Below, piece by piece: positions 12,406 through 23,139 of a stretch of DNA of 64,000 nt. How positions within the stretch are numbered: the stretch's first letter is position 1; every line of letters starts with the position of its first letter. Below the pieces are notes generated by a model. The model did no database searches, was not told where the DNA came from, and saw only the letters and a list, made by a program, of their open reading frames with translations. The translations under genes were made by a program, and so were the position numbers. This stretch comes from Heptranchias perlo (taxonomy: Eukaryota): positions 3,658,001 to 3,722,000 of the forward strand of contig NC_090361.1 of NCBI RefSeq assembly GCF_035084215.1, in the 5' to 3' direction.

Positions 12406-13697
12406 GTTACGAGTCTAACCTTAATTGAGAATAAGCTCACGCAGCACTAATATGACATTAATAGCTGCTATTTTCATAAAACTTATAAAGGGAAACCACA
12501 GATACTGTATGCCTGAAAGGGTTGGAACTTTCTCTTTCAGGTGTTGACTGACCTGTATATTTTCTGCTATTTTTGCAGGCAGCCACAAGGCTGCTGGAGG
12601 CACTTAGTGGAAGTGAAGGACTACCTCAGTACCATATAACTCCTTGCCTTCTGTTGTCTTCTTTTCATCAGATGTTGTCATGAGATGTGACAAACTCGTG
12701 TCGTTCTCTCTGGTTTTCAAGGCACTTGATGTAAAACTCTTGGCTTCACAACCCAATGCAAACTCCAACCCACCATATTGCTAAGTTAACTTTTGTCTTA
12801 GTTTGATGCACAGTTAGGGTGGCGGTCCTGAAAATGTTTGCACTAATGGTAGTTAGCAGTGTGATGGGGGGAAGAAGTTGGAAGCTTGGGGGGGCGGGGG
12901 AGAAATGTCTTTGGTTTGGGACCAGTAGACTGGGTAGGCAGGTGTCTGAAATGTGCGTTCTGATTGAATTGTTTTGAGTTTCATGCACTATTAAATGAGA
13001 TATTTCTTATTGCAATTGTGTGTTTTTTTTATTTGTACCTCGTGTTTTGCTCAAAGCAACGAGGAGGCAGTGCTTACCCTTTCATATTCATTGTAGAACG
13101 GGCATTGCTTTTTATCCTTTCCTTCTCTTCACCTCACCCCAAACCCCCTTGGAAAAGTTAAGATTATTTTCAGGGCTCTAGAAGTTTGCTGAGTGTTGGC
13201 ATGATGCTTTAAACCTCGCCAACCAAACTGCTGTTTGGTACACAACACAATGACTCCGCCTTGATTAAAGGTGCGGAAACATCCTTACCATGTTAAATAC
13301 ATCAGGATATAATGGGAACAGACTCTGGGAGAAATTTGCAGGGAAAAGAGCCAGGGAAGTGGGACTAATTGTGTAGCTCTTTCATAGAGCCAGCACGAGC
13401 ACGGTGGGCTAAATGGCCTCCTGTGCTGTAAGATTCTATAAATACAGTCCTGGGAGAGCCTTCCAGTGGAATTGCAATAATGATCTTTAACCTTAAGACT
13501 CACCCGGCATAGAATTTTCTGCAAATAACACTTGATTTAACCTGCATTAACGTAAAAATAAAAACAAGTGTTGCAAATGCTGGAAATATACAGCAAGCCC
13601 GTCAGTGTCTAAGAAGGAAAAGATAAGTTAATGTTTCCGGTGGGACCCTTCATCAGAGCAAAACATTAACCTGTCTTAACTTCCTGAGTGATACAGT

Positions 13698-13957
13698 CTT
13701 CACCCCACCACTGGTGGCCGTGCCTTCAGCTGCCTAGGCCCTAAGCTCAGGAATTCCCTCCCTTAACCTCTCCGTCTCTCTCTCTCCTCCTTTAAGTTGC
13801 TCCTTAAAACTTACCTTTTTGATCAAGCGTTTGGTCAAATATCTGTCCTAATATCTCCTTATGTGGCTCGGTGTCAAATTTTGTTTGATAATCGCTCCTG
13901 TGAAGCGCCTTGGGACGTTTTATGACGTTAAAAGCGCTATATAAATGCAAGTGGTTG
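13698..13957 (+). mobile_element. L2 LINE 3' end
   Basis: ggccgtgccttcagctgcctaggccctaagctc...gcgctatataaatgcaagtggttg, shared with 16135, 48853 and 55690. Confidence 0.8.
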
Positions 13958-13995
13958 TCTTTGTATCTGTCAGGTTCTGTTCCTGTTCCAGTTGT

Positions 13996-14203
13996 ACTAA
14001 CGCAGGAAACCTCACACGGCCTAGACACGGAAAGGATTGAGAGACTGAAGCCTTTCTCAACACTGCCTGCTGGTGCATGGCCATTCTTAGTTGGTGGAGC
14101 TATTTTGTCTGATTAACTCCGATAACGAACAAGACTCCTCTGGGTTAAATAGTTGCCCGAATGACGAGCAGTCTGAGTCGAGCTTCTTAGAGGGCCACGT
14201 GGT
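13996..14203 (+). pseudogene. Degenerate 18S rRNA fragment
   Basis: Colinear with the conserved eukaryotic 18S segment: ggaaacctcac..gacacggaaaggattga..tggtgcatggcc(a)ttcttagttggtggagc..ttgtctg(a)ttaa(c)tccgataacgaac(a)agactc..cttcttagaggg. Many substitutions; no other rDNA nearby. Confidence 0.85.
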
Positions 14204-16134
14204 GGATTAGTTTTCAACTGCTCTAGCAGTAAGCTGGCATCGGCATGATGGGCTGAGTGGCTTCTATGCTGTAAACTTCTATGGTTCCAATACCGGCTGC
14301 TCCATCACCAACACAGTTCCCCTGCCCTCTGGTATCCTCTTCCCCAGCTACTTTATCGCAGTTTGCATGAATAAAGACAGCAAGATGCTGGAAATGCACA
14401 GCCTCTCACCGAGAAAGAGAGTTAATGTATCTGGTGGGATCCTCTGCCGATGAGGATTCCCACTCAAAACATTATCCTGGCCTTTTTCAGATGCGGACCC
14501 ACTTGCTGGACATTTCCTGTTTCTCTTACAGTAGTAGTGGTGATGCTGCAGTTGTTGAATTGCTTGCATGACGTCTTGCAACAGTGCTGCTGGGCCACTT
14601 CCCACCGTTGCCTGCTTTGTCCCAAAACAAAACCTCACAACAAAAAGAACACTAGGACTAAACGCTTCCAAAGCTTTAACCTACTTTATGGCGTCAGCCT
14701 AAACTGCTCATGATTGATTAAATTATTGCTCAGTAATTGGCCCGACATTCTCCTATCATTCTGGAGATGAGTTATGGTCTGTGTAGAAGACTAATAAATA
14801 GTCACTGCCTTTGTCAATGCCCTCCCATACACTGGAGAATATGTACTGCTAAAAACAGATGTGTAGAGCCCAGATGGATTAAACTGCTGGTTTGTGAAAT
14901 CAGTTGAGCAGCAAACTCTTATTCCAGATGTTTAACATAAATGGTGAATTAGCTGAACATTCGCTCTTCTGCAAATACCTGGTAACTAACTATTTGGAAC
15001 TAGTTGGTGACTTGCTGTGAGTATTTTATTTTCTCCCTCGTTCATGCTTTAATGGAAATGGAAGAAAGTTCACGCTGGCTAAAGAGTCCATATCCTACAC
15101 GTTTTGAGTTACTGCAAAGCCAAACCTGCTTTACTTCCCTGTAAACGGTGTGGTATAACTGGTTTCAGTTGCCCAATTGAAATGTTGGCGAGTGGTGTGA
15201 CACCATCGTCACTGCATCCCTTCAGTTTTGCACTAGTTGCAGTGTAACGGGCGCAGAGTGAGCATAAATTTACACAACTTTTTCACCCTCCATGCCATTG
15301 ATTCAATTAACGTTAAATGTTACGTTGCTAATGAGCTGAGCAGGGAGCAGAGCACGGATTCTAAGTAGGTGAAGTCTCGAACTGTAACTCGTACCACTAA
15401 CGAGAAGAATGCAATTCAAATAAATGCTTCAAACAGGTGGATTTCGTACTGCGGCATGACACCTGTTGTTTGTGCTCGAGATTGGCTCAGCATGACTTCT
15501 TAGTGTTGAAATATCGCTCCCTAACGGAAATGTGCAGGGATTTGCAAAGCAGTGACTTTTGAGAAATTGTTCAGCTGTTTACTTTATTCTTTACCTGGAA
15601 GTGGTCGGGGGGTGGGAAGAAAGAGGAACTTCGATGTAATTGATCTGTAGGAGTTAGTTCCTTGTTAAGGAGCCAAATCCATTTTCAAAGGCATTTGATT
15701 ATTTGTCCCTGTTAGAAGATTGTAAAGTTTTATAGGCACAGAAATATTCCAACAGATGCACTTGGAATTAAGCCACCCAATTTCGATTAATGAAGTCAGC
15801 TCATCTTCAAACTCCAAATTGCTGTATTAAAAAGAGATAAACTCTCAATTATCTCCTCCTAAATCAGGGACTTGTATTTGAGTACAGTACCAACAGCTTT
15901 TGGCAGACTCTTGGTCCTTCATCCAAATGGTCCCTGCGTGAGCCTGGATAATGAGTGCTGCATTACTATTGGACCCATCACAACCAAGGCCAATTGCGCC
16001 TTGGCTGGTGTCCATAAAAGTGCATTCTCCAGAAGGGCTCGGATCACTGGCTGCCTTTACTCAGATGGCACAGTGCCTGCTACTGGCCAGATTGTCACAG
16101 GGCTGAGTCCCAGCGTTAACGGAGTAACACCTCG

Positions 16135-16520
16135 ACATTAAAATTCTCATCTTTGTTTTCAAATCCCTCCACGCCCTCGCCCCTCCCTATCTCTGTAACC
16201 CCCTCCAGCCCTACAACCCTCCGAGATCTCTGCGCTCCTCCAATTCTGGCCTCTCGCGCATCCCTGATTTTCATCGCCCCACCACTGGCGGCCGTGCCTT
16301 CAGCTGCCTAGGCCCTAAGCTCTGGAATTCCCTCCCTAAACCTCTCTGCCTCTCTATCTTTCCTCCTTTAAGATGCTCCTTAAAACCCACCTCTTTGACC
16401 AAGCTTTTGGTCACCTGTCCTAATATCTCCTTAAGTGGCTCGGTGTCAAATGTTGTTTGATAATCGCTCCTGCGAAGCGCCTTGTGATGTTTTACTACGT
16501 TAATGGTGCTGTATAAATGA
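16135..16520 (+). mobile_element. L2 LINE 3' fragment
   Basis: KILIFVFKSLHALAPPYL-type remnant followed by the L2 3' UTR. Confidence 0.85.
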
Positions 16521-17047
16521 CTCTCTAGTGTACTGCTTACTGTTGACATTTTTTTTGGCTGACTGCTGTATTGAGGAACCCATCTAAATGGGATACGCCA
16601 TAATTGAAACAAAATGAGGGGGCTGAGAAGCTGGTTTTTGGTTTGTTGTATAACCGTAATTTTGTGGTTATCTTCCACACTGCACTCGAGTTGAAAATGT
16701 GGCTTCATTTGACTTAAGTGAAACTGATTACTTGTTCTGTTGAGTTCTCTGACCGTCGAGTGTAAAAGTAACTTTCGCTCCATTTTATATCATGGAATTG
16801 TTTTGTTCCAAATTGAACCCTCCTTACACTGTCAGACGTGCAGCAGATTGGGGCAACCGCACGTGTTTACAGCTTTGCATTCTTGGTCCGTATCCTACAC
16901 CGATGATGAGAACCATTCGCTGAGGTGTGTAGACCACAACAAAATGGCAGCTCCGACAGGAAGTGCCCGTGTTGGCAGCTGTTTGTATCTGCTGGTGATA
17001 TTTTGCTTCCCTGGGCTAAAAATACCAAAATCACCTCGTGTCTCTGG

Positions 17048-17394
17048 TAGGGTTGCCAACTCTGGTTGGATGCATTCCTGGAGACCGCGAACCGCCCCAC
17101 CCCCACACTCCCGCCATTGGTCCATCCTCCAAGCGCACTGCCTTCCCACGGCCAATTGGAAAGGGAACAGACTCTTTGTTACCCAATTGGATTAATCTGG
17201 ATTAATGTTGATGAAACAGCCTTTTTTCCCTCACCTCCAATACTTTTATCACTAATTAAATGAAAGTGTTCAAAGAAAATGTTTTTGTAATGCCCCCTGT
17301 GATTTTTTTCTCCCGGGTTTGCGCCCAGCAGTCCTGGAGATTCATCTACAATTCCTGGAGACTCCAGGGCAATCCTGGAGGGTTGGCAACCCTA
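17048..17394 (+). mobile_element. hAT-superfamily MITE (347 bp)
   Basis: TIRs TAGGGTTGCCAAC / GTTGGCAACCCTA; perfect 8-bp TSD GTCTCTGG at 17040-17047 and 17395-17402. Confidence 0.9.
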
Positions 17395-17680
17395 GTCTCT
17401 GGAGGCATTGTGTATATGCTCCATGAGACAGTGCAACAATATAAATGGTGTACCTACTGCTGCCTGAGGTTGAGAATGAAGTCAATCTTGGAAGGAAGCA
17501 ATTGCAACCAGAGGACCAGGTTTTACAAAATAATTAGTCAATCAATCATGAGCAGTTTATTAAACGTGTTACGAATTTCACTCCACTGTTAAGAATCTCT
17601 GCACCTTTTTGCTTTAATGTTGCAAATCCATCACGTCCGGCAGTATCCTGTACAATAGCTTGTGGACAGACTGCTCGAGT

Positions 17681-17910
17681 CATTTTCTTTGGACACTTTA
17701 GTTAATTAGTGATAAAAGTGTTGGAGGTGAGGGAAAAAAGGCTGTTTCATCAACAGTCAAGGTTAATCCAATTGGTTAACAAAGAGTCTGCTCCCTTTCC
17801 AATTGGCCGTGGGAAGGCAGTGCGCCTGGAGGATGGACCAATGGCGGGAGTGTGGGGGTGGAGCGGTTCAAGGTCTCCAGGAATGCATCCAACCAGAGTT
17901 GGCAACCCTA
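17681..17910 (-). mobile_element. Partial inverted copy of the same hAT MITE
   Basis: Reverse complement of about 17048-17281, ending in the TIR GTTGGCAACCCTA. Confidence 0.85.
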
Positions 17911-18033
17911 CCAGAGACACGAGGTGGAGCTAGATTGATGAAGCCAATGGTCCTGTGCATGTTCTGGCTGTTTAAAGGCTGGGGCTTTGCCTTTATTTAA
18001 CTGTTTGTGACTGCAGTTGCTCCATCTCCCAAA

Positions 18034-18710
18034 ACATAGGAATAGGAATCGGCCACTCAGCTCCTCGAGCCTGTTCCGCCATTCAATTAGATCATGGCTG
18101 ATCTGTATCTTAACTCCATCTACCCGCCTTGGTTCCTTATCCCTTAATAATCTTACCATAAGAGACCATAAGGCCATAAGAGATAGGAGCAGGAGTAGGC
18201 CATTCGGCCCCTCGAGCCTGCTCCGCCATTCAATGAGATCATGGCTGATCTGATTTTTACCTCAACTCCACTTTCCCGCCTTTTCCCCATATCCTTTGAC
18301 TCCCTTACTGATCAAAAATTTGTCTAACTCAGCCTTGAATGTATTCAATGACTCGGCCTCCACAGATTTTTGGGGTAAAGAATTCCAAAGATTCACAACC
18401 CTCTGGGAGAAGAAATTCCTCCTCTTTTCCGTCTTAAACAGGTGACCCCTTATTCTGAGACTATGCTCCCTAGTTTTAGACTCCCCCATGAGGGGTAACA
18501 TCCTCTCAGCATCTACCCTATCGAGTCCCCTCAGAATCTTGTATGTTTCAATAAGATCTCCTCTCATTCTTCTAAACTCCAATGAGTGTAGACCCAACCT
18601 GTTCAATCTTTCCTCAACAAAAACCTAACAAAAATCTATCAATCTCAGTTTTGAAATTTTCAATTGACCCCCAGCCTCAACAGCTTTTTGAGGAGAGAGT
18701 TCCAGATTTC
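18034..18710 (-). mobile_element. Nested CR1 3' fragments
   Basis: ORF 18262-18606 (RLGLHSLEFRRMRGDLIETYKIL) inserted into a second CR1 tail. Confidence 0.85.
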
Positions 18711-19114
18711 CCCCACCATCTCCCTCTCCTTCCATCCTCCCCTCTCCTTCCACCCTCTTCCTCACCCTCTCCCGCTCCCTCTCTGTCTTCCTCTTCCTTT
18801 CCAGGCCTGCCTCCAGTGGAACAGATCAGACATTAACCTGTGTGCAGTTGCTGTATACGTGGAATAGTTATAGCTGGGGGTGATTATTGAGCTGCTGCCC
18901 TGAGTCCAGTTGTTTGACTGTATGCTGCTGAGGTAACGCTGTTGATATGTAATCAGTGATGCTGCTGTGCTCCTGAATGTGGTGCCTGTTAGGTTGCTTA
19001 CCAACTTTAAACAATAAGGCATTTTTGATATTGCAAGGTAGGTTCCAGATTCATTTATAAAGCAGATGGGGTTTTTCTTTGCAGTTGTTTCTTTGAAATC
19101 GATATTTAATTTCT

Positions 19115-19737
19115 AAAGGAATAGAATTGAAAAGTAAGAAAGTTATTTTAAACTTGTATAGAACCTTGGTTAGACCACACTTGGAGTACTGTGCAGAGTT
19201 CTGGTCTCCATATTACAAAATGGATACAGAGGCACTGGAGAAGGTACAAAAAAGATTTACAAGGATGATACCAGAACTGAGAGGTTATAACTATCAGAAA
19301 AGATTGAACAGGCTGGGGCTCTTTTCTCTTTAAAAAAAAGAGAAGGCTGAGGGGTGACCTGATAGAGGTCTTTAAAATTATGAAGGGGTTCGATGGGGTA
19401 GACGTAGAGAAGATGTTTCCACTTGTGGGGGAGACCAAAACTAGGGGGCCATAAATATAAGATAGTCACTAATAAATCCAATAAGGAATTCAGGAGAAAC
19501 TTCTTTATTCGGAGAAAAGTTAGAATGTGGAACTCGCTACCACGTGGAGTAGTTGAGGTGAACAGTGTAGATGCATTTAAGGGGAAGCTAGATAAACAAA
19601 TGAGGGAGAAAGGAATAGAAGGATATGCTGATAGGGTGAGATGAAGTAGGGTGGGAGGAGGCTTGAATGGAACATTAACACTGGCATAGACCAGTTGGGA
19701 CGAATGGTCTGTTTCTTTGCTGTAATTTCTATGTAAT
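19115..19737 (+). mobile_element. CR1 LINE 3' fragment
   Basis: LYRTLVRPHLEYCAEFWSP...RRNFF..VRMWNSLP plus tail. Confidence 0.9.
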
Positions 19738-19879
19738 ACCTGGTCCATCACTTGAACTGATGTAGATGGACCATCTGCCTTTACTGAAACTTCCCTAGCT
19801 GTGGGTATGTCTCCTTCATGCTGATTGTAACTCTACAATCCCTAGTGCACAGCCCTGCCGAGAAAGCTGATTTCTCATT

Positions 19880-20165
19880 GAATCATAGTCATAGAATCTT
19901 ACAGCACAGAAGGAGGCCATTCAGCCCATCGTGTCAGTGCAGGCTCTTTGAAAGAGTTGTCCAATTAGCCCCACTCCCCCTGCTCTTTCCCCGTAGCCCT
20001 GTAAATTTCTCCCTTTCAAGTATATATCCAATTCCCTTTTGAAAGTTACTATTGAATCTGCTTCCACCGCCCTTTCAGGCAGCGCGTTCCAGATCAGAAC
20101 TTGCTGTGTAAAAAGATTCCTCCTCATCCCCCGTCTGGTTCTTTTGCCAATTCCCTTAAATTTTG
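19880..20165 (-). mobile_element. CR1 LINE 3' fragment
   Basis: WNALPERAVEADSIVTFKRELD plus tail. Confidence 0.8.
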
Positions 20166-20466
20166 TCCTGTTGGTCTGTTTCTCCCCCCCCCCCATACTG
20201 AATGCTGCTTTGTTTCAACCTCTCATTCGGCTCATCTGTATAGAAGTTGTGTAAACTATTGATGAACGTAATATTCAGATTGTCCTGTCTGGGTTTTGGT
20301 ATTTTTGTATTGACCTTTTAAAAACTGCGGGAAATGCTTATCTACATAAAATATGTTTTACAATGAATCTGTTTCAGTTTATTATTTATTGCCCTTTTAA
20401 TTCCATCCACATACAGACGTCCTACTGCTGCAAAAGTAGGAAAACAATTTTTTTTTCAGTGCTATT

Positions 20467-21173
20467 CTGTAACCAGGCCCTGAGAGCAGCACCAGACTGG
20501 CCTGTAACCAGGCCCTGAGAGCAGCACCAGACTGGCCTGTAACCAGGCCCTGAGAGAAGCACCAGACTGGCCTGTAACCAGGCCCTGAGAGCAGCACCAG
20601 ACTGGCCTGTAACCAGGCCCTGAGAGCAGCACCAGACTGGCCTGTAACCAGGCCCTGAGAGCAGCACCAGACTGGCCTGTAACCAGGCCCTGAGAGCAGC
20701 ACCAGACTGGCCTGTAACCAGGCCCTGAGAGAAGCACCAGACTGGCCTGTAACCAGGCCCTGAGAGCAGCACCAGACTGGCCTGTAACCAGGCCCTGAGA
20801 GCAGCACCAGACTGGCCTGTAACCAGGCCCTGAGAGCAGCACCAGACTGGCCTGTAACCAGGCCCTGAGAGAAGCACCAGACTGGCCTGTAACCAGGCCC
20901 TGAGAGCAGCACCAAACTGGCCTGTAACCAGGCCCTGAGAGCAGCACCAGACTGGCCTGTAACCAGGCCCTGAGAGCAGCACCAGACTGGCCTGTAACCA
21001 GGCCCTGAGAGCAGCACCAGACTGGCCTGTAACCAGGCCCTGAGAGCAGCACCAGACTGGCCTGTAACCAGGCCCTGAGAGCAGCACCAGACTGGCCTGT
21101 AACCAGGCCCTGAGAGCAGCACCAGACTGGCCTGTAACCAGGCCCTGAGAGCAGCACCAGACTGGCCTGTAAC
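20467..21173. repeat. 35-bp minisatellite, 20 near-perfect copies
   Basis: Unit CTGTAACCAGGCCCTGAGAGCAGCACCAGACTGGC; only about 4 single-base variants. Confidence 0.97.
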
Positions 21174-21936
21174 TGGGCTCCAAATGGAGGCTGAATCTCC
21201 TGGTTTGACCCCACTGTCGGAATCTATCTTTTGGGGACAATTATTGGGTTCAGCTCTAAAATTAAAAGGCTCACATTTTACTCACTCCAGATTATTTACC
21301 ACTTATGATAATGGGAGACCATATCACTGTCGACATAAGTTCCCTGTTCCAATATTAGCTTACATTTATCCAAATGAAAATCTATTTGGAAATCTTCAGC
21401 TCTTATGTTTAATTGGAGCTGAGCCTCTGAATGTTGTTTGCCTCATTCACTTCTCACCACCTCTATGCGGCCAAATTGATTCCCTGAAACTCAGAGGAGA
21501 TAACGTATAAACAGAACCATCTGCTTTCTTTTTCCTCTGCTAGGTTTCCCGATGCTACGATTCAATCCCAGAAGAGATGGTAGTTAAGGAAACCTGCTGT
21601 TGCTATGTCAACACTCAAGGGTATCGAGGGATGTGGAGCTAAGGTGGGTAAATGGAGCTGTTATTGAAAACTCATCGCACTGTTTCCAAAACTCATTCTT
21701 TCCCAGGATCTCAAAAAAACGTGGAACTCCTCACTTCCTTTGGTCCGATTTCTACAAGCTTTTAAGACCCAAGGCTGTTGTCAGTCCAGCCAATATTCCT
21801 TGATGACAGTGGGAGCTCTGCATTTATGGGTCTTGGTTCGTTATTAACGTTTCTCAATTTAAAAATATATATAGATTGCCCAGTTTTGGTCCTTTCTCAT
21901 GTCTAATTGGATTGTTAACCTTCCATTTAGACAGAT

Positions 21937-22398
21937 AAAAGAAAGAACTTGCATTTATATAGCGCCTATCACGACCTCAGGACGTCCCAAAGCGCTTTAC
22001 AGCCAATGAAATACTTTTGAAGTGTAGTCACTGTTGTAATGTAGGGAAACACGGCAGCCAATTTGCGCACAGCAAGATCCCACAAACAGCAATGTGAAAA
22101 TGACCAGATATTCTGTTTTTAGTGATGTTGGTTGAGGGATAAATATTGGCCCAGGACACCGGGGAGAACTCCCCTGCTCTTCTCCGAGTATTGCCATGGG
22201 ATCTTTTACATCCACCTGAGAGGGCAGATGGGGCCTCGGTTTAACGTCTCATCCGAAAGACGGCACCTCCGACAGTGCAGCACTCCCTCAGTACTGGCAC
22301 TGGGAGTGTCGGCCTAGATTTTGTGCTCAAGTCTCTGGAGTGGGGCTTGTACCCATGACCTTCTAATTCAGAGTGAGAGTGCTGAGCCAAGGCTGACA
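21937..22398 (-). mobile_element. Deu-domain tRNA-derived SINE, full length
   Basis: tRNA-like head, core ggtgccgtctttcggatgagacgttaaaccgagg, tail ggcgctatataaatgcaagttctttcttt. Confidence 0.88.
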
Positions 22399-23139
22399 TT
22401 TAATTTGGTATTTGTACGTGTTGCTATGTGCCTCACTATAATCATTTTTTTTTCTTATTCCACAATTAATCCTCTTACTGCAGAAACCGATTCTTCAGAC
22501 TAAAAAGTCATCTAAAGTTCATCCCATTGGAGTGAATTGAAACATGACATTGACAAAGAAAGTTTGAAAAGAAAATTACGCCGAAAATTACAGATCATAA
22601 GCTCTTTTTATCAGTTTCAAGGTAAATGTTATCGTTGTTGGGTTGCAGTTTAGAAGTAACAATAGAGACAGAGCATCTGGTACATCATTATTTTTAAAAC
22701 CCTTTGTCTTTAACATTTGGTGAAAATATTTAATCTGCCTACTTTTCTTCACAGAGAGCTAAATAAAATGAAAGTACTATTATCCTGCTTTAGATGCAGC
22801 ACATATTGTACCGTACTTTGAAATTGGCCTTGGAAAGTTTGGTTGGAGTTTTCAAAATGGAGACCAAATGCCAATCAGCTGTGTTTAGTCCCACCTTAAC
22901 CTTGAATTGTATTCTCCCCCCTCCTCCCCCCACCCCATCTCCGATTTCCTTTCCCATCTTGAAGGCTTCTCGTTGACAGCCTTCCCAAGCATGGTGCAAT
23001 TACCACCCTGATACCACCATCTAAACACACTGATTTCAGCAGTGAAGTCCAAGGTCAGAATTAAAGAATGTCCATTCCCCTTTGGACCTGGTGGGACACA
23101 CAATAAAACTCATCCCACCAACATAATATCCTCAGATGC

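Noticed and set aside
13996-14203. Functional rRNA gene or contaminant
   Set aside because: Short, heavily mutated at invariant positions, embedded among host repeats, with no flanking rDNA.
20397-21240. Three overlapping 241-272 aa ORFs and CRISPR-like periodicity
   Set aside because: Pure head-to-tail 35-bp tandem repeat with no unique spacers; the ORFs are artefacts of a stop-free unit in a vertebrate context.
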